A stretch of 43,937 nucleotides of DNA from a virus: UHGV virus genome UHGV-0384622; one strand, given 5' to 3'. The translations under genes were made by a program, and so were the position numbers. Positions 26,428-36,046 of the stretch are shown in pieces. The notes below the pieces were generated by a model, which was not told the origin of the DNA, did not search any database, and was given only the letters and a program-made list of their open reading frames with translations. Each line of letters starts with the position of its first letter. Within the stretch, counting starts at the first letter, position 1.

Positions 26428-27861
26428 TTATTCCTCCTCAAACATCCTCGGTCTATCCTTCGGTTGCGCTTCCTGTACCATAGCTTTTGCATCTTCTTCA
26501 GATAATCCTTCAAACTTCCGAAAATACATCCAGGCCGGCACCTTTCCCTGCACAACATACTGCCACCATCTTGCCCGGTCCTCTTCACGGTTGTATGTAA
26601 TGTCCCCAAAATCATATGTTATTTCGTAGTTTCCGGCTGGTGCCAGTCCGTACAGGTCAGCATATACATTGAGCGCATATATTGCCCCGTCAAGACAACT
26701 TTCCAGTTTGTCGCGCACATCCTTGATTAGCTGTATGGTTCTCCTGTCGTCAGCCTCTACCTGTGTGGCTGTGACCATTCCTGTTTTTTCATCAAGCACA
26801 AAATACCCATTGGAATATCCACACTTAAATCCCACAAATGAGAGTAGGTTGTTTATTCCGGTAATTCTGATATCAGTATTCAACGATGGAACAATCTCCT
26901 GATAGAAAGACTCTGTTCCATTTCCAAATACATTTTTAACATAATGAGGAAGCTTTTCATTGCTCATGCCAGCATAACGGCTTTTAATGTTTGTACCGCT
27001 TCCAAACATCAGCTGGTCATCTGCCAATATGATTTTCTCACTGTCAAATATTTCACCCACGTTTCGGCTATATGCTATATCAAGGTCCTTTAATTCTTCT
27101 ATGGCCTCGGCATACATCGGTAATCCAAAAGGTGATGAAATATCCAAATTATTAGCCTGTGGAGTGCGGAGTATTCCAAACATGGGACCATCTATTTTAT
27201 CATTGTTTGCTTTAAGTATAGGTGGAGTCTCTGGAAGTAAGTCGGACCACTTAGTCCTGTTTAATGCTATCGGTTCCCCCACGCTTTTTGCAGAGTGAGA
27301 CACATAGGCTCTATTGGATATGTAATATGGGTAATAGGTGTTCTCCCCATCCTTAACCTCAACAAACCGATGATACTCAAATCTGGTATAATACTTATCA
27401 TTTTCGCTGTAACTATCCTTGAACACAATCCCATAGATACCTTCATTATCGCAATCCGTAATGATAAAATCCATAGGTGTGAATATGTCCAGTCCCTTAC
27501 CATTTGGCTTAAGGATGATTGTACCGTAGGCCATACCATATTCTACCCAGTGACGAATCTGGAAATATATCTTATCAATCTGCTCCTGAAGCCATGCCGC
27601 CCGCGCGCTCCCATCAATCTGTATTCCGATTGCCAGGGTAGCAAGTCGGGCCGTCTCTGAGCATATGGCCTTTGCAAAATTGATTGTCTTAACGTTATCG
27701 TCAGCATTCACCCAATAGGGAGTGCCCCGGTAGATATTGGCGCACTCTGTAATCTTGCTTTCCATCTCCGGGGATACCACTGATTCAACGTTGAAATCTT
27801 CTTCTGCCTGTCGCTTGAATATCATTCCTATCACCTTTTTAGCCCATGTTATTAGTCCCAT
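26428..27861 (-). CDS. portal protein (SPP1 gp6-like)
   Basis: 477 aa between TerL and the minor head gene. Confidence 0.75.
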   Translation of the reverse strand: MGLITWAKKVIGMIFKRQAEEDFNVESVVSPEMESKITECANIYRGTPYWVNADDNVKTINFAKAICSETARLATLAIGIQIDGSARAAWLQEQIDKIYFQIRHWVEYGMAYGTIILKPNGKGLDIFTPMDFIITDCDNEGIYGIVFKDSYSENDKYYTRFEYHRFVEVKDGENTYYPYYISNRAYVSHSAKSVGEPIALNRTKWSDLLPETPPILKANNDKIDGPMFGILRTPQANNLDISSPFGLPMYAEAIEELKDLDIAYSRNVGEIFDSEKIILADDQLMFGSGTNIKSRYAGMSNEKLPHYVKNVFGNGTESFYQEIVPSLNTDIRITGINNLLSFVGFKCGYSNGYFVLDEKTGMVTATQVEADDRRTIQLIKDVRDKLESCLDGAIYALNVYADLYGLAPAGNYEITYDFGDITYNREEDRARWWQYVVQGKVPAWMYFRKFEGLSEEDAKAMVQEAQPKDRPRMFEEE

Positions 27862-27865
27862 TTAC

Positions 27866-28054
27866 TCACCTAATTTTTTCTGCTATTTTTTCGCCTATCA
27901 AAAACGCAAGATTAAATGTGCCAAAGATTAGAAGAAGAAATAGTGTCAACGGCCAGAAGAACAATGGAAGCAAAGAAGGCTTTCCGTTTACTTGCATGGC
28001 CCCAGAAACAATAGTGCCAATTAACAAATAAATTATAATCAATATATAAATCAT
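27866..28054 (-). CDS. small 2-TM membrane protein
   Basis: 62 aa, strongly hydrophobic. Confidence 0.4.
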   Translation of the reverse strand: MIYILIIIYLLIGTIVSGAMQVNGKPSLLPLFFWPLTLFLLLIFGTFNLAFLIGEKIAEKIR

Positions 28055-29292
28055 GCGCTGTTTCCTCTCATCATTGATAGCGGGCTTGTAGCATAACGGA
28101 GAGCATCAATCCAGTGGTCATTTCCATCTGGGTAATCCGCTATTACTTCTCCGTTTCCGTCTACCTCATGCTCATACTCTATTATTTCCTTGTATGCTCG
28201 TGGCGTGCGGGCCGGGTCTATAACGATTGTACGGCACTGCAACCACTCAAAGGTATATTTCCTGCTTCCTGGTGTTACAATGGCTTTACGTGCCGGTAAA
28301 CCAGCGTCACGGAAGTCTATAATGCTTTCTTCTTCATCCACACCGCAATAGATTGTATAATCATCGTACCCAGCCGTCTGTATATCCTCAGCCATCTTGC
28401 TGTTACGAATTTTACAGCCACCCATTTCATCAAGCAACACAACCAATTCTTTGTTTGGTATGTAAGCGGCCCGGATAAAGGCTTTTGGGTCCGGGAACCA
28501 GCCCCAGTCTTGCCCCTGGTATATGCTTTGGTATTTCTGAATTTCCTCGTCTGTGATTGTCCGTACATCCAGCATATCAAATATATTTGTACCAAGTCCA
28601 ACCGGCAAGCCTAAATACTCGTGGTTGTATGCCCGCTCATTGGTGGCTTTAAGATGTTCTGCGCGTTCAATAAACATTTCTCCCAGCCATTCAACCGGTA
28701 CAGAACGGTAATCGCTTTTATGCCTATACGCGCTATCGTCTGGAGTATTTACATACTGATTAGCCCAGTTGCTTTGGCTGATGGGTGGGTTGAAGGATTT
28801 AAACACAACAAACTTGCTTCCACCACGCAACACTGATTGTTCAACAGTTCGTATTTCTTCCGGTCCTGCAAATTCGTCCAGTTCCTCGAACCATAGATAT
28901 TTAAAGTATCCTTTACTGGCTTTTATAGATTTTGTTTTCTTTGCCTTGTCAAGTCCACGGAATATTATCTTTTGCCCTGTTGGCTTATAAACGAATCGGT
29001 ATGGGCTTGTACGTGATTCCCATAAATCAGTTACCCCTAATGCATCTATGGCCCACTGTATCTGCTCAAAGACTGATTCTCCGATGGTCACCGCATATTT
29101 ACGAAACACTACCGCATTAGCCTCTGGGTCATCCATCATACCCAAAACAATCTCCACAGATATGAAAGAGGACTTCGTGGAACCTCGCCCACCGTACAGG
29201 TCATAATATGTATGATTACCTTCGAGTATATCCCAATGAACATCATAGAAAGAAGGGGCGATTACATCAGTCAGATTTATTATGTCACTCAT
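28051..29292 (-). CDS. terminase large subunit
   Basis: 413 aa; Walker A-like YGGRGSTKS; acidic nuclease-domain residues; preceded by TerS. Confidence 0.85.
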   Translation of the reverse strand: MSDIINLTDVIAPSFYDVHWDILEGNHTYYDLYGGRGSTKSSFISVEIVLGMMDDPEANAVVFRKYAVTIGESVFEQIQWAIDALGVTDLWESRTSPYRFVYKPTGQKIIFRGLDKAKKTKSIKASKGYFKYLWFEELDEFAGPEEIRTVEQSVLRGGSKFVVFKSFNPPISQSNWANQYVNTPDDSAYRHKSDYRSVPVEWLGEMFIERAEHLKATNERAYNHEYLGLPVGLGTNIFDMLDVRTITDEEIQKYQSIYQGQDWGWFPDPKAFIRAAYIPNKELVVLLDEMGGCKIRNSKMAEDIQTAGYDDYTIYCGVDEEESIIDFRDAGLPARKAIVTPGSRKYTFEWLQCRTIVIDPARTPRAYKEIIEYEHEVDGNGEVIADYPDGNDHWIDALRYATSPLSMMRGNSA

Positions 29293-29714
29293 GCATCATC
29301 ATTCCCTTTCTCCGGTTTTGGTATATCGTTCAGTATAGTGACTCCTTGTGCATTTTCTCCCTTTTTTGTATTATCCATAAACTTATCAACTACTATCCCC
29401 ATCGCTGTTGCAATTTGGGAGATAGTAGCATTTTCTAACTTATGCGGGTCCGCCAGCTTTTCAAGATATTTATCAATAATACCCTGTGCTTGTTCTTTTC
29501 TGGAATCCATATATGCCAACATATCGGCTGTATTCTGTTCTTTTTTTTGTGCGCACTTCTGCGCAATATCTGCACTTTTTGCGCATATGTTTTTTACTGT
29601 GTTATCTGAAACACCGAATTTTTTTGCTGTGGCACGATAGCTTCCAGATTCCACATAATCAGCTATTATTTTCTTTTTCTGTTTATCTGTTAATCTGGAA
29701 GCCACGATCACCAC
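29289..29714 (-). CDS. terminase small subunit (N-terminal HTH)
   Basis: 141 aa; overlaps the TerL start. Confidence 0.6.
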   Translation of the reverse strand: MVIVASRLTDKQKKKIIADYVESGSYRATAKKFGVSDNTVKNICAKSADIAQKCAQKKEQNTADMLAYMDSRKEQAQGIIDKYLEKLADPHKLENATISQIATAMGIVVDKFMDNTKKGENAQGVTILNDIPKPEKGNDDA

Positions 29715-29795
29715 CTCTTATTCTCTGTGCTTCACACGATATAATAGTCCTATACTAATTTTACCATGTACAGGTTAAGCAAACCGTCCCCACAT

Positions 29796-30101
29796 TTATG
29801 CATATCCATTCATCGTTCCTACTTGCATCCACTTTTTATCAGAATAATTTCCGTATCGATAAATATATCCACTTGTCGGATACTCAACTATTGTTAAAAT
29901 TAGTGATTCTCCATATTTTTTTCTAACCTGCTCATAAATATCTTGAAGATTTAGTATTTCATCTCTTTCATTCTCTCTCCATTCTGGTATAAATAAAACA
30001 TCTTCTGGCATTCCATTTTGATATGGAGATACAATAATTCTTAAACTTGCTCCTCCCATCCTATAGAATTTTATTTCATCTGGATTTTCTATTGATTTCA
30101 T
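29796..30101 (-). CDS. hypothetical protein (AT-rich segment)
   Basis: 101 aa ORF. Confidence 0.4.
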   Translation of the reverse strand: MKSIENPDEIKFYRMGGASLRIIVSPYQNGMPEDVLFIPEWRENERDEILNLQDIYEQVRKKYGESLILTIVEYPTSGYIYRYGNYSDKKWMQVGTMNGYA

Positions 30102-30236
30102 TTTTTATTTCCTCCATTTTCTCCGCAATGTTTTTAAGTATTACCATATCTTCATCGGTTAATTTCTTACTGGCTTCTATAACCAATCGTAAGGCATATA
30201 AAAACTCTGTTACCCGTATAGTGCTATCAGTATTAA

Positions 30237-30539
30237 TCATCCTTTCCACCTACCAAACAGTGTCATTAACCGCCTATATTCATCCAACGTTTTTCTTTGA
30301 TACCCGTAAAAATCATCCCGCTTAATTGGTATATTCTTTCTCTTGCTCAACTTGTCATATCCGATATTACTTACAAGGCTTTCGTATATCTCCACCTCCA
30401 GTCCAGGAGCCGAGGATATAGCACACTGGAACAATGTAAGCTTATCTTCTACGCTGGCGGTCTGGCAGTATTCTTTTATGCGTTTGGCTTCATCATCGGT
30501 AATGCCATAATCACTATAGTTCTTGTCCCTGGTCCTCAT
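30237..30539 (-). CDS. hypothetical protein (AT-rich segment)
   Basis: 100 aa ORF; its stop overlaps the ATG of a further 53-aa ORF (30079..30240). Confidence 0.4.
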   Translation of the reverse strand: MRTRDKNYSDYGITDDEAKRIKEYCQTASVEDKLTLFQCAISSAPGLEVEIYESLVSNIGYDKLSKRKNIPIKRDDFYGYQRKTLDEYRRLMTLFGRWKG

Positions 30540-30550
30540 AGCCCTCCTTC

Positions 30551-31597
30551 CTACACATTAACTCTTTCTCTTACTGAACGAAGAGTGCGCGGGTTAGACT
30601 GTGCATAATAACGTGCCGTAACTCCTGGGTCTGCATGGCCCATAATTTCCTGTATGGTCCCAATATCAACTCCTCTGTTTTTCAGATTCATTCCCAGCGT
30701 CTTGCGTGACTTATGCGGATATACCCGACATGTTAGACCGGCTCTTTTCCTTATGGTTTTCAATATCGCCCGAAATCCACAAGTAGTCATCTTTCCATAC
30801 GGTTTTCTGGAGCGTGGGAACATATATGGACAATCATCTTTCCTGCTGTCAAAATACAGGCCGTAGTAATGACGCGCATCATCATCCAGATAGATAGTCC
30901 GATATCTTCCGCCTTTCTCTCCCTGTATCCAAATATCGCCGGTTCTCATGTCTATCTGGTCCAGAGTTATTTCTGCAATCTCCCCTATCCTGGCTCCAGT
31001 ACTTCGAAGTACCTCCAGCAAGGCCCTCTCGCGGATATTTTTGCACGCATCCCTTAATCTTGCAGATTCTTCCGGGCTGTAATAATCAATTGGTTTAATT
31101 GGTACTTTCTTGGCAGGTATTGGTTCCACCGGATTATCTGTAATAAGCTTTTCAAGGCGCATCCATGTAAAGAATGCTGATAGAAAACGGCGTTCATTGT
31201 TGTAGGTACTGGGCTGATTTTTCTTTCCTCCGCTGGACACATTCCTAATTTCGTATCGGGATAAATACCAATCAATATCTGTGGTATCCATCTGGTCCAA
31301 TGATTTTGTGTTTATTTCTGTCAACAATCTTCGTATGGCATTCAGATAGTTTTGTTTGGTTCCTCTTGCTAAATCGCGTTTTTTAATCAGGAATAATTGT
31401 ATTATGTACTGATTCCGCTGGCTTATATCATCCTTTCTTTCTGCCGGAAGAGTAGTTATTTCCTCCATATTTACCCTTACCAATTCCTGCTGCATTACAT
31501 TTTGCAGAATGTTAAGAGTCTGCTGCTCCACAATATATAAGGACATGGCTACCAGTACATTGTTAATTATTTCAGCTTTAATTGTCTGTGTACTCAT
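30551..31597 (-). CDS. second tyrosine recombinase (XerC/D-like or phage integrase family)
   Basis: GGAGG RBS before ATG at 31597; motifs RSTGARIGE, HKSRKT, GHADPGVTARYY (R..HxxR..H..Y). Confidence 0.8.
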   Translation of the reverse strand: MSTQTIKAEIINNVLVAMSLYIVEQQTLNILQNVMQQELVRVNMEEITTLPAERKDDISQRNQYIIQLFLIKKRDLARGTKQNYLNAIRRLLTEINTKSLDQMDTTDIDWYLSRYEIRNVSSGGKKNQPSTYNNERRFLSAFFTWMRLEKLITDNPVEPIPAKKVPIKPIDYYSPEESARLRDACKNIRERALLEVLRSTGARIGEIAEITLDQIDMRTGDIWIQGEKGGRYRTIYLDDDARHYYGLYFDSRKDDCPYMFPRSRKPYGKMTTCGFRAILKTIRKRAGLTCRVYPHKSRKTLGMNLKNRGVDIGTIQEIMGHADPGVTARYYAQSNPRTLRSVRERVNV

Positions 31598-31755
31598 AAT
31601 TATATCCTCCTCATTCGTATTGATTTTCACGTCTGAGTGAGATATAATATACTCAGACGTATTTACGAGAGCGGTGGAATCATCTTGGCGGGTGACCATC
31701 GCTCAGTTTTCATTCTGTGCATATATGTGTTCCTTTATCTATTTTTCTTTAATCT

Positions 31756-31793
31756 GAAACTGCTAATACTACTGATATCAGTTTAGCAGTTTC
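31756..31793. promoter_or_regulatory. 38-bp palindromic site GAAACTGCTAA-tact-ACTGATATCAGT-TTAGCAGTTTC
   Basis: 11-bp inverted arms plus a central 12-bp perfect palindrome; overlaps the stop of the 31778.. gene; upstream of recombinase 2. Confidence 0.5.
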
Positions 31794-32014
31794 TCTATGA
31801 TAAATTTCGGTACATAAACCACTCCATTTTCTTCGTTGTCTCTTAAGTAGTGTTTTAAATCTGCTTCCATAATAATCCACTTTTTCAGCGCTTTAATACC
31901 CATCTCGCAGGCCTCAAGCCCTTCCAATGTTTGATGTGCACCATCAGATTTAGCTACTACCTGTCTATCAAATACCGCTAATATATTCATAGCCTCTGTT
32001 TTTGTCATGATCAT
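31778..32014 (-). CDS. hypothetical protein
   Basis: 78 aa ORF. Confidence 0.4.
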   Translation of the reverse strand: MIMTKTEAMNILAVFDRQVVAKSDGAHQTLEGLEACEMGIKALKKWIIMEADLKHYLRDNEENGVVYVPKFIIEKLLN

Positions 32015-32041
32015 TCCCTTTCTGGATTATAATTTAAAATC

Positions 32042-32254
32042 TTAATTCTCCAACTCCTCAGCCCAGGCAGTATGGTTGTATGTATAAACTACATTACCCG
32101 TAACAATGGCCTCAAGCCCCTCCCATTCTTCTACATTTTCAAGAGACAGTTCTTCGCTATTCAATGCACAAGCGATAGCTTCTTTCTCGTTTTCCGCCTC
32201 GACTTCCACATAACATGCTGCAACTATCGGTACCATAACTCGATATTTTTTCAT
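32042..32254 (-). CDS. hypothetical protein
   Basis: RBS-supported start at MKKYRV. Confidence 0.4.
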   Translation of the reverse strand: MKKYRVMVPIVAACYVEVEAENEKEAIACALNSEELSLENVEEWEGLEAIVTGNVVYTYNHTAWAEELEN

Positions 32255-32315
32255 CTTTATTCCTTCCTTCGTTACTCCCGGAAATATCAGTTTTGTTGTG
32301 TAACGATACACATTG

Positions 32316-32513
32316 TTACGCAACGTTATCATTAAGATACCTGTCCAGGGCCTGCCGGATCACCCAACTTATAGCCCTGTCCTCTTTCTGGCAGTAGGCG
32401 GTTACCCGTTTTAGTTGTTCCGGGTCCATGCTTATGTTCTGCCGGATATACTTCTTATTGGTCTCTTTCTTTGGTCTTGCCATACCTCTGCCCCTTTCTG
32501 TGTATGTATACAC
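32316..32513 (-). CDS. ribbon-helix-helix (CopG/Arc-like) DNA-binding protein
   Basis: ISMDPEQLKRVTAYCQKEDRAISWVIRQALDRYL. Confidence 0.5.
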   Translation of the reverse strand: MYTYTERGRGMARPKKETNKKYIRQNISMDPEQLKRVTAYCQKEDRAISWVIRQALDRYLNDNVA

Positions 32514-32533
32514 AATTTTTGATCAATATCAGT

Positions 32534-32827
32534 TTAGCGACCTAACTCGTCAGCATAAATAAGCCCAGAACAACCAAACTTATTACCATACCAATAACAA
32601 TATTTTCCGCTTAAAATCGGATAATCCTCACATTTTAATTCATACGGTGCTATTACTTGCGCCTTATAAACTCCATCTGATATTGCTCCGTACTTTTTCC
32701 TTTGTGACTCTTTTTCCAAACTGTTATGCCTGACTTTTATAATGGCGCTGTCTCCGACTTCCAATCTCCTTAAAGGACGCTGCCAGTCATACTCAAATTC
32801 TTTCAAATTTTCCTCCTTCTCAATCAA
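32534..32827 (-). CDS. hypothetical protein
   Basis: TTG start (AGGAGG-supported alternative TTG 8 codons in). Confidence 0.35.
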   Translation of the reverse strand: MIEKEENLKEFEYDWQRPLRRLEVGDSAIIKVRHNSLEKESQRKKYGAISDGVYKAQVIAPYELKCEDYPILSGKYCYWYGNKFGCSGLIYADELGR

Positions 32828-32830
32828 ATG

Positions 32831-33046
32831 CTAATACTGCTGATTATCATTTAACGGACAAATTCCAATTACAGAACAAGATATACTGTCACACCATATC
32901 GGACATTTTTGGCAATAAGTTCCGTTAAAATCCTTAGGCACAACAACCGATATTGTCATTATCTTTTCATCTTCTGTGATTTTTGAAATTTTACATTCAT
33001 TACTTTTATCTGTTTCATACAAACCACCATTTTTTATAAATTTCAT
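32831..33046 (-). CDS. small Cys-rich protein
   Basis: CQKCPIWCDSISCSVIGICP. Confidence 0.4.
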   Translation of the reverse strand: MKFIKNGGLYETDKSNECKISKITEDEKIMTISVVVPKDFNGTYCQKCPIWCDSISCSVIGICPLNDNQQY

Positions 33047-33252
33047 ATTTTCTACCTCTGGAAAACTTAATATCTCTTAAAAGTATCATCATAATCAAAG
33101 CAGTAGCAACTTGGGTGATTAACATCCACCTGTTCTCTTATATCAACATTACAAATTACCATTCCTTCTGTTTCTTTCTCACATTCACAATATATGCAAT
33201 ATTTACATATATATCTTTCTTCTGTCTTCTGGTATCATTCTTTATCCTCCAG

Positions 33253-33426
33253 ATACTAATCTTCAAAACATTTTTTTGTTTCCACTGGAACATCAAAAAC
33301 ACTTATCTTATTGCAATACCACTGCCCCCTATGGAATGCTTGTAGATTGCAGTGCCTACAATTTTCGCAGCTTTTTTCCCGTTTCTTTGTTTCAATAATC
33401 CCCAACAGCTCTTTGTTTTTAATCAT
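33253..33426 (-). CDS. small Cys-rich protein (57 aa; below the track cutoff)
   Basis: GAGGT RBS; MIKNKELLGIIETKKREKSCENCRHCNLQAFHRGQWYCNKISVFDVPVETKKCFED. Confidence 0.35.
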
Positions 33427-33443
33427 ACCAATACCTCAAAATT

Positions 33444-33674
33444 TTAAATTAATGGGATATCTGCTTCTTCAATGGCTCGATTTAGAAGTGATCTATAATC
33501 ACCCAAACAAGCCACAGTGTCAATCAACAACCCTGAAAATGATTTTACGCCTGAATAGCATTCAATGCTTTCCTCAATGCTATCGTCAATATCTCTTGAT
33601 TTATCTACTTTTTCAAGATCAGACATTAGGCTCTCTATTCGTTTCACCATCTCACGCGTCTGTTTTACTTTCAT
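33444..33674 (-). CDS. hypothetical protein
   Basis: 76 aa ORF. Confidence 0.4.
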   Translation of the reverse strand: MKVKQTREMVKRIESLMSDLEKVDKSRDIDDSIEESIECYSGVKSFSGLLIDTVACLGDYRSLLNRAIEEADIPLI

Positions 33675-33697
33675 GTTATTTACTCCTCTGTAAAATT

Positions 33698-33889
33698 TTA
33701 ATCTTCCTGCTTTTTAGAATAATTTAAGCAGTATGTCAAATTGTCAAGCAATGCATTTTCTCCACATGGTATATCGTTTTCCGAATGTGATGATATTAAT
33801 ACCACGGATAACTTACATCCCATTTTCTTATTATGATTTTCGCAATCATGATTCCCGCATCTTACATATGCCACAGCTGGTTCCTCCAT
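33698..33889 (-). CDS. small Cys-rich protein
   Basis: VRCGNHDCENHNKKMGC. Confidence 0.4.
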   Translation of the reverse strand: MEEPAVAYVRCGNHDCENHNKKMGCKLSVVLISSHSENDIPCGENALLDNLTYCLNYSKKQED

Positions 33890-33914
33890 AATGTTAATAC
33901 TGCTGATTATCAGT

Positions 33915-34157
33915 TTAATGGATTATCGCCTGACCACATGTAGAGCAACGCCCTGTATTTACACAGTCTTCCGCAGTTGATTCACCACAATTAGGGCAGA
34001 GATAAAATCCCCTATCATACGCACATCTCTTGTAAATATCCTTTCGCATAGATACTATAGCGATTTTATATGCCTCCTCGATATCAGAAAAACTTTCACC
34101 CTCATTAGGGATTGTTGTTTTTCTGCTAACAATTTCTATTGCCTTTTCAATTTCCAT
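33915..34157 (-). CDS. small zinc-ribbon protein (CPxCG-type)
   Basis: LCPNCGEST...RCSTCGQ. Confidence 0.45.
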   Translation of the reverse strand: MEIEKAIEIVSRKTTIPNEGESFSDIEEAYKIAIVSMRKDIYKRCAYDRGFYLCPNCGESTAEDCVNTGRCSTCGQAIIH

Positions 34158-34212
34158 TCGCTACAGTCCTTTCTCAAATCCTAATTTTCATCGTTTAATA
34201 CAATATTTCCTT

Positions 34213-34938
34213 TCAGTCATTTATCCAGCCTATCCCCTGGCTAAGTAATTGGCAGGCTATCGTACAGTCTTCCATAACCTCCAGGTCCATCCTTCCACGG
34301 TTCGGGTCTAACTCGTCCAGATATACTCCCCCGATACAACTATGCCCTATCTCCCTCTCCTGCCTAGCCCGGCGTTCAAATACCTCCGGGAAATCAATCC
34401 GAATCTTATTCCAGTATCCCATGCCGCCTTTTACGCAACCAATGCAGTTGTTGTTTGGATACCCCATGTCATACATTACTGGGCGTTTCAGCCCCAGTTT
34501 ATCGGCTATCCCGTGGCACTCTGCTTTTGTCAATCCATTCTCAATCAACGGGAACTCATGGTCGTAGTCAGAAAGCGCTTTAACAACTGCGTCTGCTCTG
34601 TGCATCTCATTCACATCATAACCCCACACATATGTATGATGGTCTGGATTCGCTGCCTCCCAGTCTCTGCGTACCTGTTTTTTCAACCATTTAGTGCAGG
34701 GTGCTCCAAAAGCTGTGTTTATGCATCTGGTATTTTCAATTACATCATCCACATCTTTGTATTTATCTGATTGTATAGGCTCAATCTTTCTTCCCAAAAT
34801 CGCCTCGCAATCCTTCAAAAATCTCAGACTATCAGGATGTTGATTTTCGACATGAGTGTAAATAATTTTATCAATATCCTTAGCCAAGTAACACGCCACA
34901 AAAGACGATACTCCGGTGCTAAACCAACATACTTTCAT
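34213..34938 (-). CDS. PAPS-reductase-family PP-loop protein with a degenerate ATP-binding loop
   Basis: WFSTGVSS in place of SGGxDS; ECHGI (similar to the ECGLH motif) and NNCIGC. Confidence 0.55.
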   Translation of the reverse strand: MKVCWFSTGVSSFVACYLAKDIDKIIYTHVENQHPDSLRFLKDCEAILGRKIEPIQSDKYKDVDDVIENTRCINTAFGAPCTKWLKKQVRRDWEAANPDHHTYVWGYDVNEMHRADAVVKALSDYDHEFPLIENGLTKAECHGIADKLGLKRPVMYDMGYPNNNCIGCVKGGMGYWNKIRIDFPEVFERRARQEREIGHSCIGGVYLDELDPNRGRMDLEVMEDCTIACQLLSQGIGWIND

Positions 34939-35094
34939 AGGTACCTCCTAAAATGAATAATTACTATTATCGCTCACCAGCGCTAATGTATTGACTGGTA
35001 AATCCTGTAATTTTACCATTCAGAAAGTGATCACTTTACCCGGCCAGGACTGTTTTACTTTCTATTTCTTTAATTGCTTAAATAGCGATTTTGG

Positions 35095-35397
35095 TTAACA
35101 AATTGGCGACTGAAACGAGCATATTCCATCCAGATAACACCGGTTCGCAAACTCCTCTGCCTCCCCGCTCTCCAGTGCTTTGATTGCCATCTTATATGCC
35201 TGTATCTGCTTTTCTGCGTCTGCCCGGAATGCCAACTTGTCTTGTATCGTGTTTCTGGCAATTCCCATACGCACCATCTGTTCCCATCCACCATCCGTAA
35301 TTTGGTGGTGGTATGTATTAATGTGTTCCTGCAATATGCCTATGGCTTCTCTTTTGTCAATTGTCATACTTTTCCTTCCCTCGCTCCCCATAATCAT
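35095..35397 (-). CDS. hypothetical protein
   Basis: ORF; likely start MTIDKRE. Confidence 0.4.
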   Translation of the reverse strand: MIMGSEGRKSMTIDKREAIGILQEHINTYHHQITDGGWEQMVRMGIARNTIQDKLAFRADAEKQIQAYKMAIKALESGEAEEFANRCYLDGICSFQSPIC

Positions 35398-35719
35398 GTT
35401 CTTTTTCCTCTTCCCAGATTACCTTAATAACCTCCACTTTATCGAGCGGAATGTAGAATGATCCTTGAGCCTCCCACTCTCCAGCCTTCCACTGCTGTTC
35501 AAACTCTTCCAAACTATCAGCCAGCAAAAATCCGGCTTCCTCTTCTGTCTGGTACATAGTTCGCATCATTGCATCGTCCGATTCATCCGGCCAGCTGAAC
35601 AGATGATACATCTCGTAGTTGTCATAATCCCATAACGTTAACGCTACTACATACCCATCTATCGGCCATCCAGTGCTGTTTACCCGTCCTTCAACGAGTT
35701 TTGGTCTATATCCCTTCAT
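35357..35719 (-). CDS. hypothetical acidic protein
   Basis: 120 aa ORF. Confidence 0.4.
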   Translation of the reverse strand: MKGYRPKLVEGRVNSTGWPIDGYVVALTLWDYDNYEMYHLFSWPDESDDAMMRTMYQTEEEAGFLLADSLEEFEQQWKAGEWEAQGSFYIPLDKVEVIKVIWEEEKEHDYGERGKEKYDN

Positions 35720-36021
35720 CCCTCTGCCTCCTTATATGGATCCGGTGCTGGATGCCATGCAATCACATCAAGAAGTCCTTCATCATCAACCTTCCACCAT
35801 TCTTCTCTAACATCATCATAATATCCAACTTCAACATATCCACGTCTAACCGTAACGTGTACTATCTCTCCACACGGAGGAAGGTCCCTTTCAACCGGAA
35901 CCCACTTATTCTCTGTTTTTGCGGTTGGAATTTTTCTTATATCCTCGATTATGTACTCTTCTCCCTCATATCTTGCAATAAGCAGTTTTTTTACATCATC
36001 CGAATCAATTAGTCTTCCCAT
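35716..36021 (-). CDS. DUF551-like phage protein
   Basis: C-terminal VIAWHPAPDPY similar to the DUF551 pattern (V..WMPLPEP). Confidence 0.45.
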   Translation of the reverse strand: MGRLIDSDDVKKLLIARYEGEEYIIEDIRKIPTAKTENKWVPVERDLPPCGEIVHVTVRRGYVEVGYYDDVREEWWKVDDEGLLDVIAWHPAPDPYKEAEG

Positions 36022-36046
36022 TCTGCTTCCTCCTCTAAATCTGTGT

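Noticed and set aside
26322-26615. 97-aa - strand track ORF
   Set aside because: Its 5' two-thirds overlap the portal C-terminus in another frame. Only the last 34 codons after the portal stop are plausible, and these are reported as the micro-ORF.
31756-33920. Possible CRISPR-like array from the recurring 26-bp motif
   Set aside because: The copies are irregularly spaced at 300-1100 bp, overlap coding sequence and are imperfect. They are not a repeat-spacer array.
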